DNA of 63,922 nt, filler included, from Platydemus manokwari (Eukaryota), in assembly GCA_037951405.1 (NCBI GenBank). It is 6 parts of 6 records of this genome, joined end to end, with 100 filler letters (N's around TTAATTAATTAA, not from the genome) between each part and the next. Parts side by side here need not be neighbours in the genome. Positions count along the whole stretch, not along the records: positions 12,715 to 25,136 come from JBBMOY010143343.1; positions 25,237 to 36,106 come from JBBMOY011099441.1; 4 more parts are not named here. One strand, written 5' to 3'. Positions 12,715-28,200 of this stretch are shown in pieces. How positions within the stretch are numbered: position 1 is the stretch's first letter; every line of letters begins with the position of its first letter. Made by a program: the position numbers and the translations under genes. The notes below the pieces were generated by a model that saw only the letters and a list, made by a program, of their open reading frames with translations, ran no database searches and had not been told where the DNA came from.

Positions 12715-15700
12715 CACTATTTCTTGTGTGTTTTTCTCGAATTTTGTGATATTTTTCTCCTAAATCGTCAACTCGTTGTATTTGTATTATTAAGCTATCA
12801 ATATTATAAAATTATAATAGAAAAATATTTTTAAATATATATAATCGAGACATGACCAGATAATTTGACTTATTAAATAGATCTTCTAATCAGATATCCT
12901 AATGAGGAAGTTGATTTTATCTAAAAAAGAAAGAAAACAAACCTCTATAAACAATAATTTAAAGTTTCTGTTAAAATTTCCATAATATTTCAAAGACTGC
13001 CGATTTGTTTGACTTTTTTCAATAAAAGGTCTCGTTGAATCAGAGGTTTTTTGTCGCAAAAATAACATTTCCATTTTTAATTTATGATATACTACTGATA
13101 ACACGGCAGGGGTAATTTTAAATTCATCACCAAAATTAAGGTGGAATACAATTTTTTCATTGGTAATCGAAATATTATCGCAATATTGGCAAAAATTTGA
13201 ATTAGTTTTTCACCGAAACAATCACCGAGAAATTACGACTTCACAAGATTTATTATCGAATATATGTTTATATTTATTAAAAATATAGTAATTTAAATAT
13301 TACACATATTACTTATTAATAATAAGTAATATATATTACTTATTTTTTCAACATAATCTGAAGGGTATTAAGATATAAATATATTAACATATATATTTCG
13401 AAGAAACATTGCTTTCCTAAGATCGTAATTTAAAGTTAAATACTTCCATTATAATAATATTAACAGTATGGGTAAAATGATGAAAATTAAGATAAAATTG
13501 AAAAAAAAATAAAAGAGAAAAGATTAAAAATAAAATTTTTAAACTGTTCTGTTATTATCATTCAATACTTTTGCTGGTCTTATTATAAATTATCTTATCA
13601 CCTTCAAAGAAACGATCAAATAGCTGTCTGTAAACGTTAAATCATGCAATATTTGCTGGAATTGAAAGCAAAATGACCAAATTTAATATTGACCATATTA
13701 TTCATCTTGTCCAATCGAGACAAGTGTTTATTTACAAATAAATTGCTTGTCTTTTTTTCAACTAACCAACAAACCGATGAAGGAAGTCGAAATGTGCAGT
13801 CAAATTTATGACATTGCAGTTCACCAGATGATTTTTTGCAATTAAAGAGCAGCGCATGATATAAAAATATAATGCGCGTTATTAGGTAAGCATTTATCAG
13901 TTTCTCTAAATGGCCAGAAAATACCACCGAAGGTCGTTTGGATAGATGAATGAATTGATTTATTAAGAAATCGATTAAATCCTATCAAATAAAAGCGGTG
14001 CCAGTACAACAACAAATGATTAATTAGAGCGCTATCTTTACGTATTATATCTATGCTATCTTCACAGAGTCAATGCCAATAAGAAACGAGCATACGGGGC
14101 TAATGTTTTTCGATATTAATCATAACAATTTTTCTTCTTTCCTTGACCGCACTACCTCTCTTCCGATAATAACAAAAATTGATGAATTACAAGCCAATTA
14201 GTTGGCAATTTTTAAATTTCTTACATTTATCGAGGGTTCTTGTTTTTGAAAAAAATTCATTAAATATTTATCTAAGCACAGCATGGACACAGAAAAATTT
14301 CAATATTCCATTTATTGATTTAGCAAAAGTGATTTTTTATAAAAAATAAATAACAAATGCAATGTCAGATCACACTTAACAAGGCTCTCATTAATGGATT
14401 CATACGAATAAATGGTTTTACTCTACTGAATTTGGTTAAACTGATATAGCTGATAATTCTTTATAAAAAATCTATCATATTAAAAAATAATCACTCCTCA
14501 GCGTGACTATCTAAAGTTCCATGATCAAATATTTCTTCGTAATTGGATTAGAAGATTGACACCTATCAGTTAACAGTAATTTTTACTGAAATGTTGATGG
14601 GAAGGCAATCGAAAGCTTTTCTTCACAATCACCATGGAGCATGTCACTAGTTATCGTTGGATGTACGACAAAAAACCATAAAGGTCGATATCTGACGCCA
14701 AATTAAAATCAAATAGTGATCTTATATGATAAGTATGGTTAATTAATCATTTGATTGCTGGACTCAAAATCCATATTTTTAATGATATTTTGTCATTTTT
14801 AATGATAGACGTTTCATTTAGTCGATTTAGAGATTTCCTTATAGCCCACGTAAATTAGGATTGGCTTAGTTGAGCTTATGATTTATTAACATTTTGTAAA
14901 ACTATCGGAAAGTTATCAACATTTAAACGCAATGTTATTTTTTTATCATAGTCTGTGATCAATATTATTATAAGATCTAGTATAAAAATGGGCTAAATAT
15001 TGAACCATATTTTGATTGAAGTGTATTAAAACCAATAAATTCAAGAAAGATTAGTTAAAGTAGGGATGGATAATCTCTTATTAATGGAGTCTCTTCGAAT
15101 TTGTTAGTTTACACAAGACAGACCCTATAGTTTGGGATAAATATAAAATTCGATAAAACTAAAATAAATAACCAATGATAATAAATATCAATTTTATTAT
15201 AAAGTTATAGTTTCGTCATATTTTAAAAAAATTTTGGTGTTTTAAATCCTTAAAATTTCGACAAATCAAATTTATTGTTTTAAAATTTAAAATAAACCTA
15301 TTTTATAAAACCTATTTTTAAAACTAATTTTAAAAAGCTATTTTAAAAGACCCAACAATAATTTGATTATTTGTGAAAGAAATTTAAACAAGGTTTGAGA
15401 AAATTAAATAACAATTTGAGTAATTGTTTTACTTAATTGTAAATAAATATACTAACAAGCTTATTAGTGGTAAATAATGGTTAAGATGTAAAAACAATTC
15501 AATTTATTTAGAATATGACAAGCAAGTCTCTAATTAATTGTTAAATAAACAGTTACCACAATCTAGTTACAGGTTTTAACTGAATAATGAAGCCAGCATT
15601 GGAATTCTTATTAGTGTATTCAATTAAAAAGTTATAAAATAAATTTTGATAAGCTGATCGGATCTGATCTATTGATCTTTGAAATAAAAGAAAACTGATG

Positions 15701-18369
15701 GATCAGTTGTAAAAATGATGACAAATCAAGATGGTGGTTTTCTTTATGGTGATGATGATTTTATAATTGCCTATCAAGAAGTTTAGTGCATGCACTATTA
15801 ACTTTTATAAATAATTTTAAAATTAACTTGATTTATGAGCTTTTAATTTTCGAATACTAAATTATATTTAAGAATTTTTACATTAAAATCATCTATGATC
15901 GAAATATAGTAAACTCACTTGTTTAAATATTTGGATAAAATATAATTTTAACTGAAATTTGTATTTTTCGTTATTGACGTGAAAAGCGTGAGTTGCAGAT
16001 AATTGCCTTTGATAAAATGATCGCCACTTTAACTTTGAAAATAAGGAAATTAATTTTGTTCCTTTCGGCATTTACCAAGTCAAGACCGCAATTAGCTTTA
16101 TATATATATGTATATATTAGAAATAGTTTTGTTATAATAAAATATTAAACAAAATCGTATTTTTATCATTACAAAAATAGTTTAACTTTTTGTGATCTGA
16201 CATTGATCGATTGTCACAGGTTTTGTTACTTCATGACAAACTATTACAACATTTTAATAAAATATTTGCTGAAGAAATAAAACATCAGCATATCAACAGC
16301 TCAATAATGCGATTCATTTTATGAAAGACGTTGATTCAAACTAGCAAAAGCGAGATATTTTCCAACAATGATTTGAAAGAACTAAAATATATTTCAACAA
16401 TTCAATTTTAATGGGATGTTAATAAATTCAAATTTTTAATCATTCTAAATTTTGATCAAAAATTAATCATTTCTAATCGGTTTTTTGAGTTTATATTTTT
16501 GACAGTGCAGATTTCGCATGTCAATAAATAAGTTCAATGAAATGCAATTAAAAACTTCTGTAATTCAATTTATTACATGCATATTAAAATATTGTTTAAA
16601 AGTGTGATTTTAAATTCAATATTATGTCCTAAAGGTTTATTACTGGGCTTTCTTTAAATGGTAGATGGTTTCATATAGATCTCCAGAAAAATTAATAATT
16701 TTAATTATAAATTCAGAGAGAACCTAAACTACATATCGTCGCTTGATGCCTAGTACAATAAATAAATGATTCGATGAATAAATGGACAATAAATTTTAAA
16801 TATTGAGTTGTTTAACGTTATCCATGTTGCTATAATAACATACAAATAATTCAGCTAAACAAATATAGAAATTTAGCGTCATATTTTGTAGATTGATTAC
16901 ATTTAACCAGTCTTTATTTCGCCTTTTCCGCCTTATATATATTAGATTAAAGTTCTTGAGTCATTAATCCCTCATAATTAGTCAGCCAACATGTCATATC
17001 AAGAGATGAAATCCATTGGTAATTGAATCGATAGGTAATTACTTATCGTCATTGATATAAATATGTCGATCTATCCAGATGATATTCTGAAGAATAATCA
17101 ATAATTACTAATTCAAGCAATAAAACAAAAGTAATGATAACATCTCTTAATTACATTCAATAAGTTTGTGTTGTGAAAATAATAGGATAATTATTGTCAG
17201 TACGTTAAAACAAGTAATTATCAACCCATATATTATAGCACGGTTTAAGTTTTGCGAACACATTAAAGTAATTTTATACGCCATATATTCATGGAGTCTT
17301 CTAGCTTCAAAGCATTGAGCTGTTTTCCAGTTATTATTGTAAGCCATGTGAGGGTTTCAAGGTTCTTTGTAATCATCAGTATCGGTTAATGCCTCAAATC
17401 TACCGTTTAATAATTCGCTTACAAGTGAATCTTGAGCTTGAATCATTTCTTGGCACATGGTTTTCAGGAATTACTTTAAAGGATTTTTAGATTCATATCA
17501 ATACATTCATCATGATTAGAGATTTCGAGAAAATGTTAACATTTTATTAACGATTTACCTGATCTCATTGTACACAATGAAACACCAACCATCTGTTTTT
17601 CAACATAAACCTGCTTTATAATTTTATCATTCTTATATTTTGACAGGAATCCACTTTACAATTTTTACCAATGCATTTTTCTACATCATTTCAAGAAATT
17701 CTCTTCAATTGTTGACAGGAATCATGCTGTGGTGCCGAAAATTACATTTTGTCAAAATAAAAACATAATGTTATCATAAAATTATTTTGAAAATCTATTC
17801 TGTGAATCTTAAGAGAATCTTGAATTTAATTAATCAATTCAGAATTGACAGTTTTGTTTGTCTAATCCCCATCAAGCACTTGAAAATTATCAAGCATCAT
17901 TTTTCAGGATTTTCATTTGATATAAATCAGATCATGGTTTAGCGTTGTGTAGCGATTACCGAGTAATTGATTTTATGATCGATATATTTATTAGATGATT
18001 CAATGTCTTGTTTAATTGATTCGATCCATTTTACTATAAATTACTGGTGATTTGTTTCGTTTAGTTTCATTAAAGAATTTTATGATTTCTGGTATCTCTT
18101 TAACACGTGACCTTCGATTGTATATGCTATATTGAGGGTAAAATATATTTTACAAATATTATTTACAAAATTCTCCACTGATAACAGAAACGATTCCTGG
18201 TTGTTGGTGAATGTACGATGTCTCGATTATTGTATTTCCTTTTTATCAAATTTTTATCAGTATTTAAATAAACTTTATTGTTTTTTTATTAGCTCGTTTT
18301 ATTCCATGATTTTTTCTCAAAGGAACGACATTATGCCAGCCAAATGGACTTCTTTCATATAAACAATAC

Positions 18370-18915
18370 TGTTGAGTACTAACTAACAATAAAAACTGAA
18401 AATTATAATTTAAACAATAACGTCACAAGGTCGACTGTTCAATAGGTACAGTTAAAATCGTGTCACAATACAATTACAAATTATCACGCGAGACGGGATC
18501 AGCATTCGAAAGTCAAACACAGAATAGAAAACAATAAAATAAACTGGCTGTCAAAAAATCAAGCAAAAGTCAAAGAACAGAATACAAGTTACCAACCAAA
18601 GAGGACTGGCAGATGCTAATGGAATCCAATCTCTTTTACAGAATTATTGATTGTGTACGTTTGATGTCCCGGAACTTCGTTTTTCTTTGGTTGAATTTCT
18701 TCGCATATGGATATGCTAGTAATTTTCCTTACATCTCTTGTGCATTGGCAGATATCTTTGTTTTTTGCTTTTGATAGGATGCTCCAGTTGATTATTAACT
18801 TCTAAACATGGTTTTATATTAGAAGGGATCTAATTGGCTTTTGGTACGTACGTTTATCGAACCTGTGTGTGTGTGTGTCAACCCTTTAAGGGTTATTTCC
18901 ATGATCTACCCAACA
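18370..18915. mobile_element. Solo LTR, about 546 bp; same family as 49462-49997
   Basis: TGTTG...CAACA termini and near-TSD ATAC/ATAT. Internal block gactggcagatgctaatggaatcca...gaattatt...gtttgatgtc and a (TG)n tract are collinear with the copy at 49.5-50.0 kb. Confidence 0.7.
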
Positions 18916-19329
18916 ATATCATTAAAATCATGAGTTGATTTACGAATTGATTTAGCCAAGTTAACGATTTTCTCAATGATCTATTCAAGACAAAACATGA
19001 TAAATAAAATATTGATGAATAAAAACAATGGAAAATTTGAAATTGAAAACTGTGAAATATCCCAAAAATAAATTGTGTTCAGATTGACCAATAAGTTTAT
19101 TTCTAACTAAAATCACAATATCATAAAAACTTCATAAAAAATTTCAAAATCCACAATGAACAGGTTTTATCAAGAATGAGTAAATGAAAAAACAAGTCGG
19201 GGAATGTTATGAAATAATGATTATTGTAATATAATGTAGTTGTGGGCCTCGGGTTTTAGTCAAAGGTTAATAAACACTGAAACTCCGCCCATTGAAATTG
19301 TAATCTATTAATTAGAATAAAGCAAGGAA

Positions 19330-20300
19330 TTGCTTCGATAATACATTGTTCAGTTTAGAAATAATGATGGCATTATAATGACGTCCTACTAGTATATCAT
19401 TGCGGCGTATGAATTACGATATTGAAATCTCCTTGGATAAATTGTTTCTTTATATCGATCAACATTAACCCTGAGTGCTGAATCGAATTCATATAATGTT
19501 ACCTAAGCAGATTTCCCCTTATTTAGTTTAAACGAAGGATAAGTGGTAATAACACAGTAATCACATATTGTAGCTTTGAATTTAAAATAAACCACAATTG
19601 TTGACTGAATCATGCTAAAATCTTTTTCATGATGGATTTTGCCAAAATAAACAAAAACCGAAATATCTTCATCCTATTCTAAAATTCTGAAACTTAATTT
19701 GGTCATTTTAAGAGGTTTCAGTCTAGATTAGAAAATATTCGTTAAGGTGTAGAAGAATATTATTGATGTAAGATGCCCTGCTTGATTGACTTAAGATTGA
19801 ATTATGTCAGATATGTCAAACAAAGAAAAATATAGAATAATTTTCAAATCATTGCAAACCCTTTCAGCTCTAATGGAAACGATGGCTATTTATCCTACTG
19901 CGATCATCTTACTCGTTGGCCTGAAGCATAATTTACATCGAATTACACAGCGAACATAATAAGTTTATGTTAAAGAAATAATATTCGTATGCAGAGTTCC
20001 AAAACGATTTCTTGGGGATAGAAGAACTGAATTCCTTAGCAACACTCAAGCTGAAGTAAATAACTATCTACAAATAACGGTTCTCCATATCAACCTCAAA
20101 CTGACTGATTAGTCTACCGATTCAATGAAAAATTATATGAAAAACAGGAATCCTATCTCTTTAAGTTATGGGGTTAATAAACCAACGGAACTACAATTGC
20201 AAAGATATCCCTGCGAATCATATATTGTGCTCGCTAAATGTGCAATGATATACCGGACTATATACATAAAACAGCAAGACATAAATGAAATATGACAATA
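19330..20300 (+). mobile_element. Decayed Ty3/gypsy pol, clearest in the integrase core (about 19880-20140)
   Basis: Frameshifted translation DHLTRWPEA..., KEIIFVCRVPKRFLGDRRTEFLS, SPYQPQTD*LVYRFN matches the rve core (D.FTRWPEA; P....SDRG.EF; S.YHPQTDGLVERFN). Weak RT and RNase H traces upstream; boundaries are approximate. Confidence 0.8.
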
Positions 20301-23300
20301 AAATGTGACTCGCGTCAAACAACACACCGAACTTTTATTTGGATAAACACAAGTTCATTCAAAGTTAATTATTAATCGGTGACAACATACGAGGATATAT
20401 TTGACTCCAACGAAAATAACAATGGTGAAATAACACCTTTTCGCCATAAACATTTAATATCGGTAATATTACCTGAAAAGGTATTAATGATAAACAGAGC
20501 AGAAATAATGATAGCTATCATAGCAGCACCAATAATCTTACTAGCCATAATCTTACAATTTATTACAATGCAATAAAATAAGGTTCTCAATTGCACCTAC
20601 TAAATGATATGTAGCTACATAATTGCCGTGATTATTTAGTCTAGGGTGGTTCAAAACAAGGTTATTCAATCTCATTGAATCATTCTATAAGCTTACCCGA
20701 TTGAAGCATCAATTGTGTAAATCGATACCATTTAAAGGCACGCCACAAAATAATATTTAACTATAATTATTAAATATATAAAATTTATAGTTATATAATC
20801 AGATTATCAAATCTTTTAATTTCATTTGTTAAAAATCATCATCATCATTTTATAATCCTCACAAGTTGGAGCATAATTTCACGAATATATTACAACAATA
20901 GCTCGAAAGGAAACCAAACACATCTTCTTTGCCATTCAAACACAGCCTCCGAATAGACAAGAATATCGTGAAAGAAGAAGCAGATACATTCCAGTCATAC
21001 TCACTCTAACTAAAGTACAGAACCTGATTCAGGTGAAACCACAAGCCTTATAAAACAGTCCTATCTAATATTACAAATAAGCATGTCTAATAAAATAAAA
21101 TTTAAAAATCTTGATATTACTTCTCAATATAACAGGTCATATAGATTAAGACATACAAAATGTCATCAACTTTAGGTATGGCTTTATTTGCTACATGAAA
21201 ACATACAATATAACAAGCTTAAATGCAGAAGTCCTCTAAAAATCACCCCCTCCCAATTCAAAATTTACTCCGTAAATTCAATAATCAGTATTAATTTTCA
21301 TAGGTATAAGGAACAAAATCACTGACTGACCAAACCCAACATAAAGTTCCCACGTAGAGATCATAGAATAATCACGTCAGTACAAGCCACTAATGATGGG
21401 TTAAATTTCTTGCCAAAAATATTTTCTAATATCAACTTCTCCTAAAGCCAAAATGGTGTATCTACACACAATGACTTCAATTTTAGTCATTTTATCAGAC
21501 CTCGAAAAAACCATCTTTCCTCGAAGGTACTATGGCTAAAAATCATGTAAAAGAAAAAATAATATTCTAAACTCTACTTTGATCCTGGAGTACGGCTGTG
21601 TGATGACGCAACACTGAAAGAAAATAAATTTAAAACTATATTTAGCTTGGCGCTGGAGTCAACACACTATACCGTAACTCTTTCATTCAAAAGAGTCTGT
21701 CTGAATCGGTAGTGCAAAGAACAATACGAGTCCTCGTCACTGAAATTATTGAAACTTTTAAAGTAACTGACAGCAAGGATACCGACAAAATGATATGCAC
21801 TGCAATAATATTAAAATATAGAGAAAAAATAATAATCAATACTATGATCATTCCATGATATTCTACCTCCAATTAGAGAAATTAGTCCGATCACCTCACC
21901 GAAGAGCACTGTCTCAATGCATAAGACGAGAAAATATTCAAGAGTTAAGTTATCTTAATCGAAAAACGATCATAGGGCATAAAGTAATAAAATCATTAGA
22001 GGTCTTAACCTCCTCTCACAACGAATTCTTAATGTCAAAGATATTAGCTATACAAATAAATAAACAACCAGATGTGGACTTAAGGCCATCCAACCATTAC
22101 CTAAGTTAATTCCAAAACAACCTTCTACCATATCAAAGAAATCACTCACTTGCCAAAAGCATTTGACATCCTAAAAAATAAATGGCAAAACTATGTAACA
22201 CTTCCAGAATACCCGAATCCCAGCGAAAATAATTTTCGACAATTAATAGAGAAAAAAGAGTTTCCTCAAGAGCAAGCAATCAAAATGCAATATATAAATT
22301 CGAAAACTATCCAGATTATTGTGAAGGCTACATATACAAGGAATTAATATATTCAGGTGCATATCCCAGACAGCTAATCAGTCAAAACATCAAGAAAGAA
22401 AACAGTGACTACTAAGATGACTGCATTTATTATCTAATTTTCAGTGAAAATATCTGTAATTATGTACATACAGCTCACAAAGTACTTGTTTGATTTTGCG
22501 AACTTTTTATTTTAACTAAAATTAACTTCTTCCTGAAATTGGAACAACACTCCAAAAACCTGAACATTGAACGTGTTCCAGTTTTGGGATTTGTTGTAGC
22601 ACCGATATCCATGGCAAACATCATTATAAACTAAAGCAATTTTGAAAATACAAATTAAAATAAATAAATCTATGACGATCTGGTTGCACATAGATTACGT
22701 CACAAACTTGTAATCGATAAAAAACTAAATATATTAATCAGACAATATTTGATGAGTTAAACAGCAGAGCTAGCTCAATGATTTCAATTATAAAAGAAAA
22801 CTCATGAGAGCATCTTACTTATTCTACGACTTGTGCATCTGCTTTGTCATGTCATTCAATGGGTCTCTATAAATTATTCATCGAACATAGTAACTATTGT
22901 TGTCGTATTTATTCGTGAACTTTAAATTTTTCTCTGAGAAGCATTCAAATGTAAATAAAACAGACATTTATTTGAATAATCTCGATCAAGTCCGTCTCAC
23001 ATGGAAAGTACAAAGATTTATTTTTCTTATAAATAATAATTCGTAAATTAAATTTCATAAATAAAAATTTTTCTACCTGATAGATGTTCAATTGTTTTAA
23101 TATTAAATTATTTGTAATTTATTTTATGATTTACAATTTTCTAAAAATCCTGGCTGGAATAAATTGATTTTAAATTAGTAGTGGAAACAATTGATTGGCA
23201 GTGGGTTTGAATTCAACAATGGGTGAATTATCGAATGGTTTATCGGAAGTGTTATCCAACAATAATGAGTTATGATAATTATAAAAGCCGGACAACTGAT

Positions 23301-25136
23301 CATGGAAATAAACAAACTCTGACAGCTCTTATATCATCTATTGATAAATTACACACCGATAAAAATATTAAAAAATATTTATTCGGTTATGGTTTGAATA
23401 TCCAGAGAACTTTTATCAATGATAGAAAATTGGCTTCCTTATAAAATTAAAGTAATCGAGTCATTAAGTTTCTATTTGTTTCGAATCAGAAGACAAATGG
23501 GATGTCAATTATGGATGATGAAAGCTATAAAATATGCAATGCATCACATAAAAACAATATTTTTGAATTCAAATATGAGCTCAAAATGGCTCAAATACAT
23601 CCTGTTTTCCACGAAATATATGGGGAACCACCCGAGCCATCCAAATAACTAAATAATCACAAGCAATTTAGCATAAGTCTTTTTTCGAAACAAAATAAAA
23701 ACTAAATTAATTTATTTAAATGAAAATTATGCATAAAATTTATTTGAAAGCATGAATTATTTAACCGACATTAAAGACACAGCAAAATCCAACTAAAGTC
23801 TAAAAATAGAAGAATAACAAAATTTACTAAAATAGCTACGTTGACGAAAAATAGCAACTCATACTTAACGGACACCAAAAATAGTAACACATTAAAATAA
23901 GCATAGAATGTTACTAAAAATAGAGACATGACACACAAAACACACATACATGGTATAAATTGAAACTGTATATAAACGAGTGATATCAGTCTCTCTGTGC
24001 ACTACATTTTAGGCACAAAATTTTTAACGACAAAAAATTTTATCCCGATAAATTTGCACAATATTATTTAGACATTTATTCGGACGAAATTCATTATTTC
24101 CTTATCTGTTTACAGTGTGGATTCTATTGATTATTCAAGCCAAGTGATTCTGAAGATATTTTATGAAAAATGAATAAATTTCTTATTATTGTCTTTAAAA
24201 TTAATATTGGATCCACGGGTTTTTCTACTATTGTGGTCTTTTAAAACTCGGTAAGTGGGTCACTCTTACTTTCCTCTTAAGGTTACTGTGCTTATGCAAA
24301 TAGAATTACATATTTTCTGCCAATCCTAATAAAATTATCTCCATTAATCAAATATATTTTACTGTTTTGCATTATTTTATAATTAGGTTTTATATTTTTA
24401 ATATTATTAGATAATATTATCCATAAATGATTTTGAAGCAACAACCTTTATCTATTAGAGTCCAGTCAAGCTAAAGATTCACTAAATCTTCTGGCAGAAA
24501 TTTTAACATCTTTAACACAGGGTCTCTGAAATTTCAAAAAAATTCTGGGTTCAAGGAATTTGCAGACAAATATTAAAACTCTCGAAATCTAAATACAACT
24601 AAATTTGATTTGATTTGCTGTAAATCTAAAATTATTCATTTATGTCCTGATTTTAATATCTTAAGATAATTTTTCTGTGAATCGGTGAATGATATTGAAG
24701 GAGAAAAAGAATCAAAGCAATTGAAAATGTTGGACATTATAGGTTTCCGAAGAAAAGAATTCTTGTAATAAATGAAATTATTTAATTATTTTAATGGGTG
24801 CTCATACTATTAATTTAAATAGACAAGAGAAAAAATGGATTGCATATTTACATTAAAAGAATATAAAAAACCATTTTTATTTGCTTAAATATTTTCGAAT
24901 AAATATATATTTGCGGTTTGAAGTTCTTAGACTCATTTTCAAATATGTACTTTATGAAATGGCAGAAGCTAACAGATAAATTTCCCTTGGTTTTAAAAAT
25001 AAAATAGCTAAATAAAAATTAAAATTAAAAAGAAATTAAAATAAAAAAATAAAATTAAAATATAAAATTAAGAAAAATGAATTAAAAAATAAAATTAATA
25101 AATGAAATTAAAAAAATATAATCAGAAAACGAACTT

Positions 25137-25236
25137 NNNNNNNNNNNNNNNNNNNNNNNNNNNNNNNNNNNNNNNNNNNNTTAATTAATTAANNNNNNNN
25201 NNNNNNNNNNNNNNNNNNNNNNNNNNNNNNNNNNNN
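25137..25236. other. Assembly gap linker
   Basis: N44-TTAATTAATTAA-N44. Confidence 0.98.
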
Positions 25237-25299
25237 ATTTCAAACAACTAAAATTCTTCTTAAGTACTTAAATAAAAAATAAAAAATGTTTTTAAAGAA

Positions 25300-28200
25300 T
25301 TTAATTAAATAAAATATATAGAATTTTTTCCATTCACTTAACAAATTCAAAATTTCATTTTAGAACCCTTTTTAACTTTAGCTCAAATATTTTGAAAAAT
25401 ATTATTCAAAAGTAGATTTACAAAACATACTGCTGGTTATGGATAAATATTAGAATCACCATTGACTATATTAAATTTTTAAATTCATTTCCACCGGTTA
25501 TAATTACCAATTAATAATTTTGTAGTAAATTTAAATTTCTTCCTGAAATGGATGAGATGATATTAAACGAATTCGATTGCTTTTGAATATTCCAATTAAT
25601 TTTGAGTCTAACAATCATCTATTGACACGACTCGAGAAGGAATTAATAATGAAATTAATGAATTACCAAAACTATTTAACCTAATTCATACTTTCTAACT
25701 ACATCGTATTTGAAATTTAAATAAAAAAATCATCCAATTTTTTATCGAAAAACAATATTAAATTATTGAATCGATTGGTTTTTAGTCATAAAGAGAACCC
25801 GATATTATATATTGCTACATACATCTGTAAGAGAAAATCAGAAATTGTTGACTAGATTTTAGAATGATAACAAATCATTTCGAAAAAATTACCAAATTAT
25901 ATACGGAAAACTATTTAGTAACTCTACAATTAATAAAACCAATCGTAAAAATCTGATTATCGTTAGAGTAATGAAAGTTGTTACCATCGTATATATTTAT
26001 ACACGATATCGTGCAAAAATGAACCAACCATTCATACTTTTAACCAGTATTGCCTACTGATTTTCTGGCATTTACAGCACACATGCGACATCATTATTTG
26101 TAATAGCTCCCATAAAGGCAACTGCAAATAAATACAGATTCGCAAAGTGTTTATTAGTTTTGTAATTATGAAACAATCATTTTCAATTTTACACGTTTTC
26201 AAAATTAATATCAATGGTTTTTAATTTAATTCATCATAAATATGTTATATTTACAGTTCAGTTAATCAAAATGGATTTTTTCTACCGATTAATTACCAGA
26301 TTTCTATATTCAAAAAATGTTGCTCAAACAAAACCATTTAAAATTGATTGGTTTAAACAATTTAGAATTATTTATATTTTTATGATTTAATATTTGTAAA
26401 AAAATCCTAACACTGATTGAGAATAACAGAATAAAGGAATTTTATTTCATTATTTATTTTATCTATTATTTATTAAACTGGTTATTTAAATTATATGTTA
26501 ATATAATATAATATAATTTAAATAAGAGTTCTTCAAAAACTTAAAGATTTGTGTGAATTATAATTATTATTTAAATATTGATTCATTCGGTGTTGGTTAT
26601 TGCCTTTGAAATTCCAATACCTTTAATTAATCTCTCATAATAACTTAATTCTAAGGAGTCAAAGTTTATAAGTTAATTATATTTTATTGTTGTACCTTAA
26701 TTGATTCCATTATATTAGTTAGAAAAGATAATTAATTCAATCGAGTTAGTAAAGAAGCAAAGCAAATTAGCAGCTAAACGTTTATTGATGTTAATGATGT
26801 ATTATTGATGTTAAACGTATTAAACTGTAATAAAGCAATACAATGACAGGATATTAATCAATAATATAACAAATACAACTTGTTTGAAAAAACAAATTCA
26901 CTACAATAAAACAAATAATCAAAACAAAATTCCAGTATTATGATTTTATATGTATATCATTAATTATTCTAAACAAAAGATATTAATAAATATCTGATAT
27001 AGGCTTCATAATCAGTATAAATTTACAAAAAATACTTCTACAAATTTCTACAGATGCGTCATCAACATGTATTACGTCAAGTCATTACAAATCGTTAGTG
27101 GTATTATCGATTGGAAATAACTTTTATAATTAGACAATATATTATTTCAGAATATTATATATATTATTCCACATGAACTCTCTCAATATCACAATTATAG
27201 AAAATCCATTGATCATTTACTGTAGATTTCATTTGGTTTTTAATATTCAATTTCGTTTAAATTTTTAATTTTTGCTTAGATATTATTTTGGCATCATTTC
27301 TAACAGTTGTGGTTGAATTTGATTGATTGGATTGATGGTAAAAAAAATATGAGGTGATTCACAAAAATCTTACAATTTACAAGAAGCAGTTGCTGTTAAA
27401 TTGACAATTCTAATTCGACTAATCATAACCGATGAGAAAAGCACTATTATTTGTGTATGGATCTAAATTTATCATGTATATATTTAGCTCTCGATTAATT
27501 TTTTATTAATTTTGTTAAATTTTTAACAATCTCAATTAATATGATCAATTTTCCACAACGAATGACGTGATAGTAACCGACTGTATTATTTAAAATGAAA
27601 TATTTATAAGTCAAGCGTAAATGAAGTCAAAGATTGTTTAGTTATTTGTTTATGTCAAACAGATTTTTAAGGTTTGAACATTTTAATTTCAGTTTTATTA
27701 TTGATTTTATTGAATTGTAAAACATTTGCAAAACATTCAAGAAATCTTAAGTTGAATATTTAAACAAACAAATCAGAGAATATTTCAGGCTTATTTAAAA
27801 TTCATATACAATTCTTCAAAATAAATATTAATATTTCAGAAATTCACTCATAAATGATAAATAATCAAACATCATTTTAATAGTTTGTTATAATCCATTT
27901 TGTTAAAATATATTTTCCAGCATTATTTGATCATCGGATTGAAATTTCAAATTCTTTGGTTGATTAAAATCAGTGAAAAAAGGTGTCTTTATTTTAGGAT
28001 CTGAAATATGTAAGAATGTTCTTAATTTTGATATTTGGGTTTTATCTGAACTGAAATATGTTCAATAACTTAATCATACAACTGCTAAATTGATAATTAT
28101 TAGTGAAAAACCTAAATTTATGTTTCCAGTGGATTCATATTTCGAATAAAGACTTAGATCGATATATTGATTTTCTGAGAATAAAAATAAATCTCATGAC

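Noticed and set aside
20900-22400. A-rich stretch that might be a decayed LINE
   Set aside because: Only a DHRII trace; no recognisable endonuclease or RT motifs.
24995-25136. AAAATT-type low-complexity tract before gap 2
   Set aside because: Simple AT-rich sequence that probably caused the contig break.
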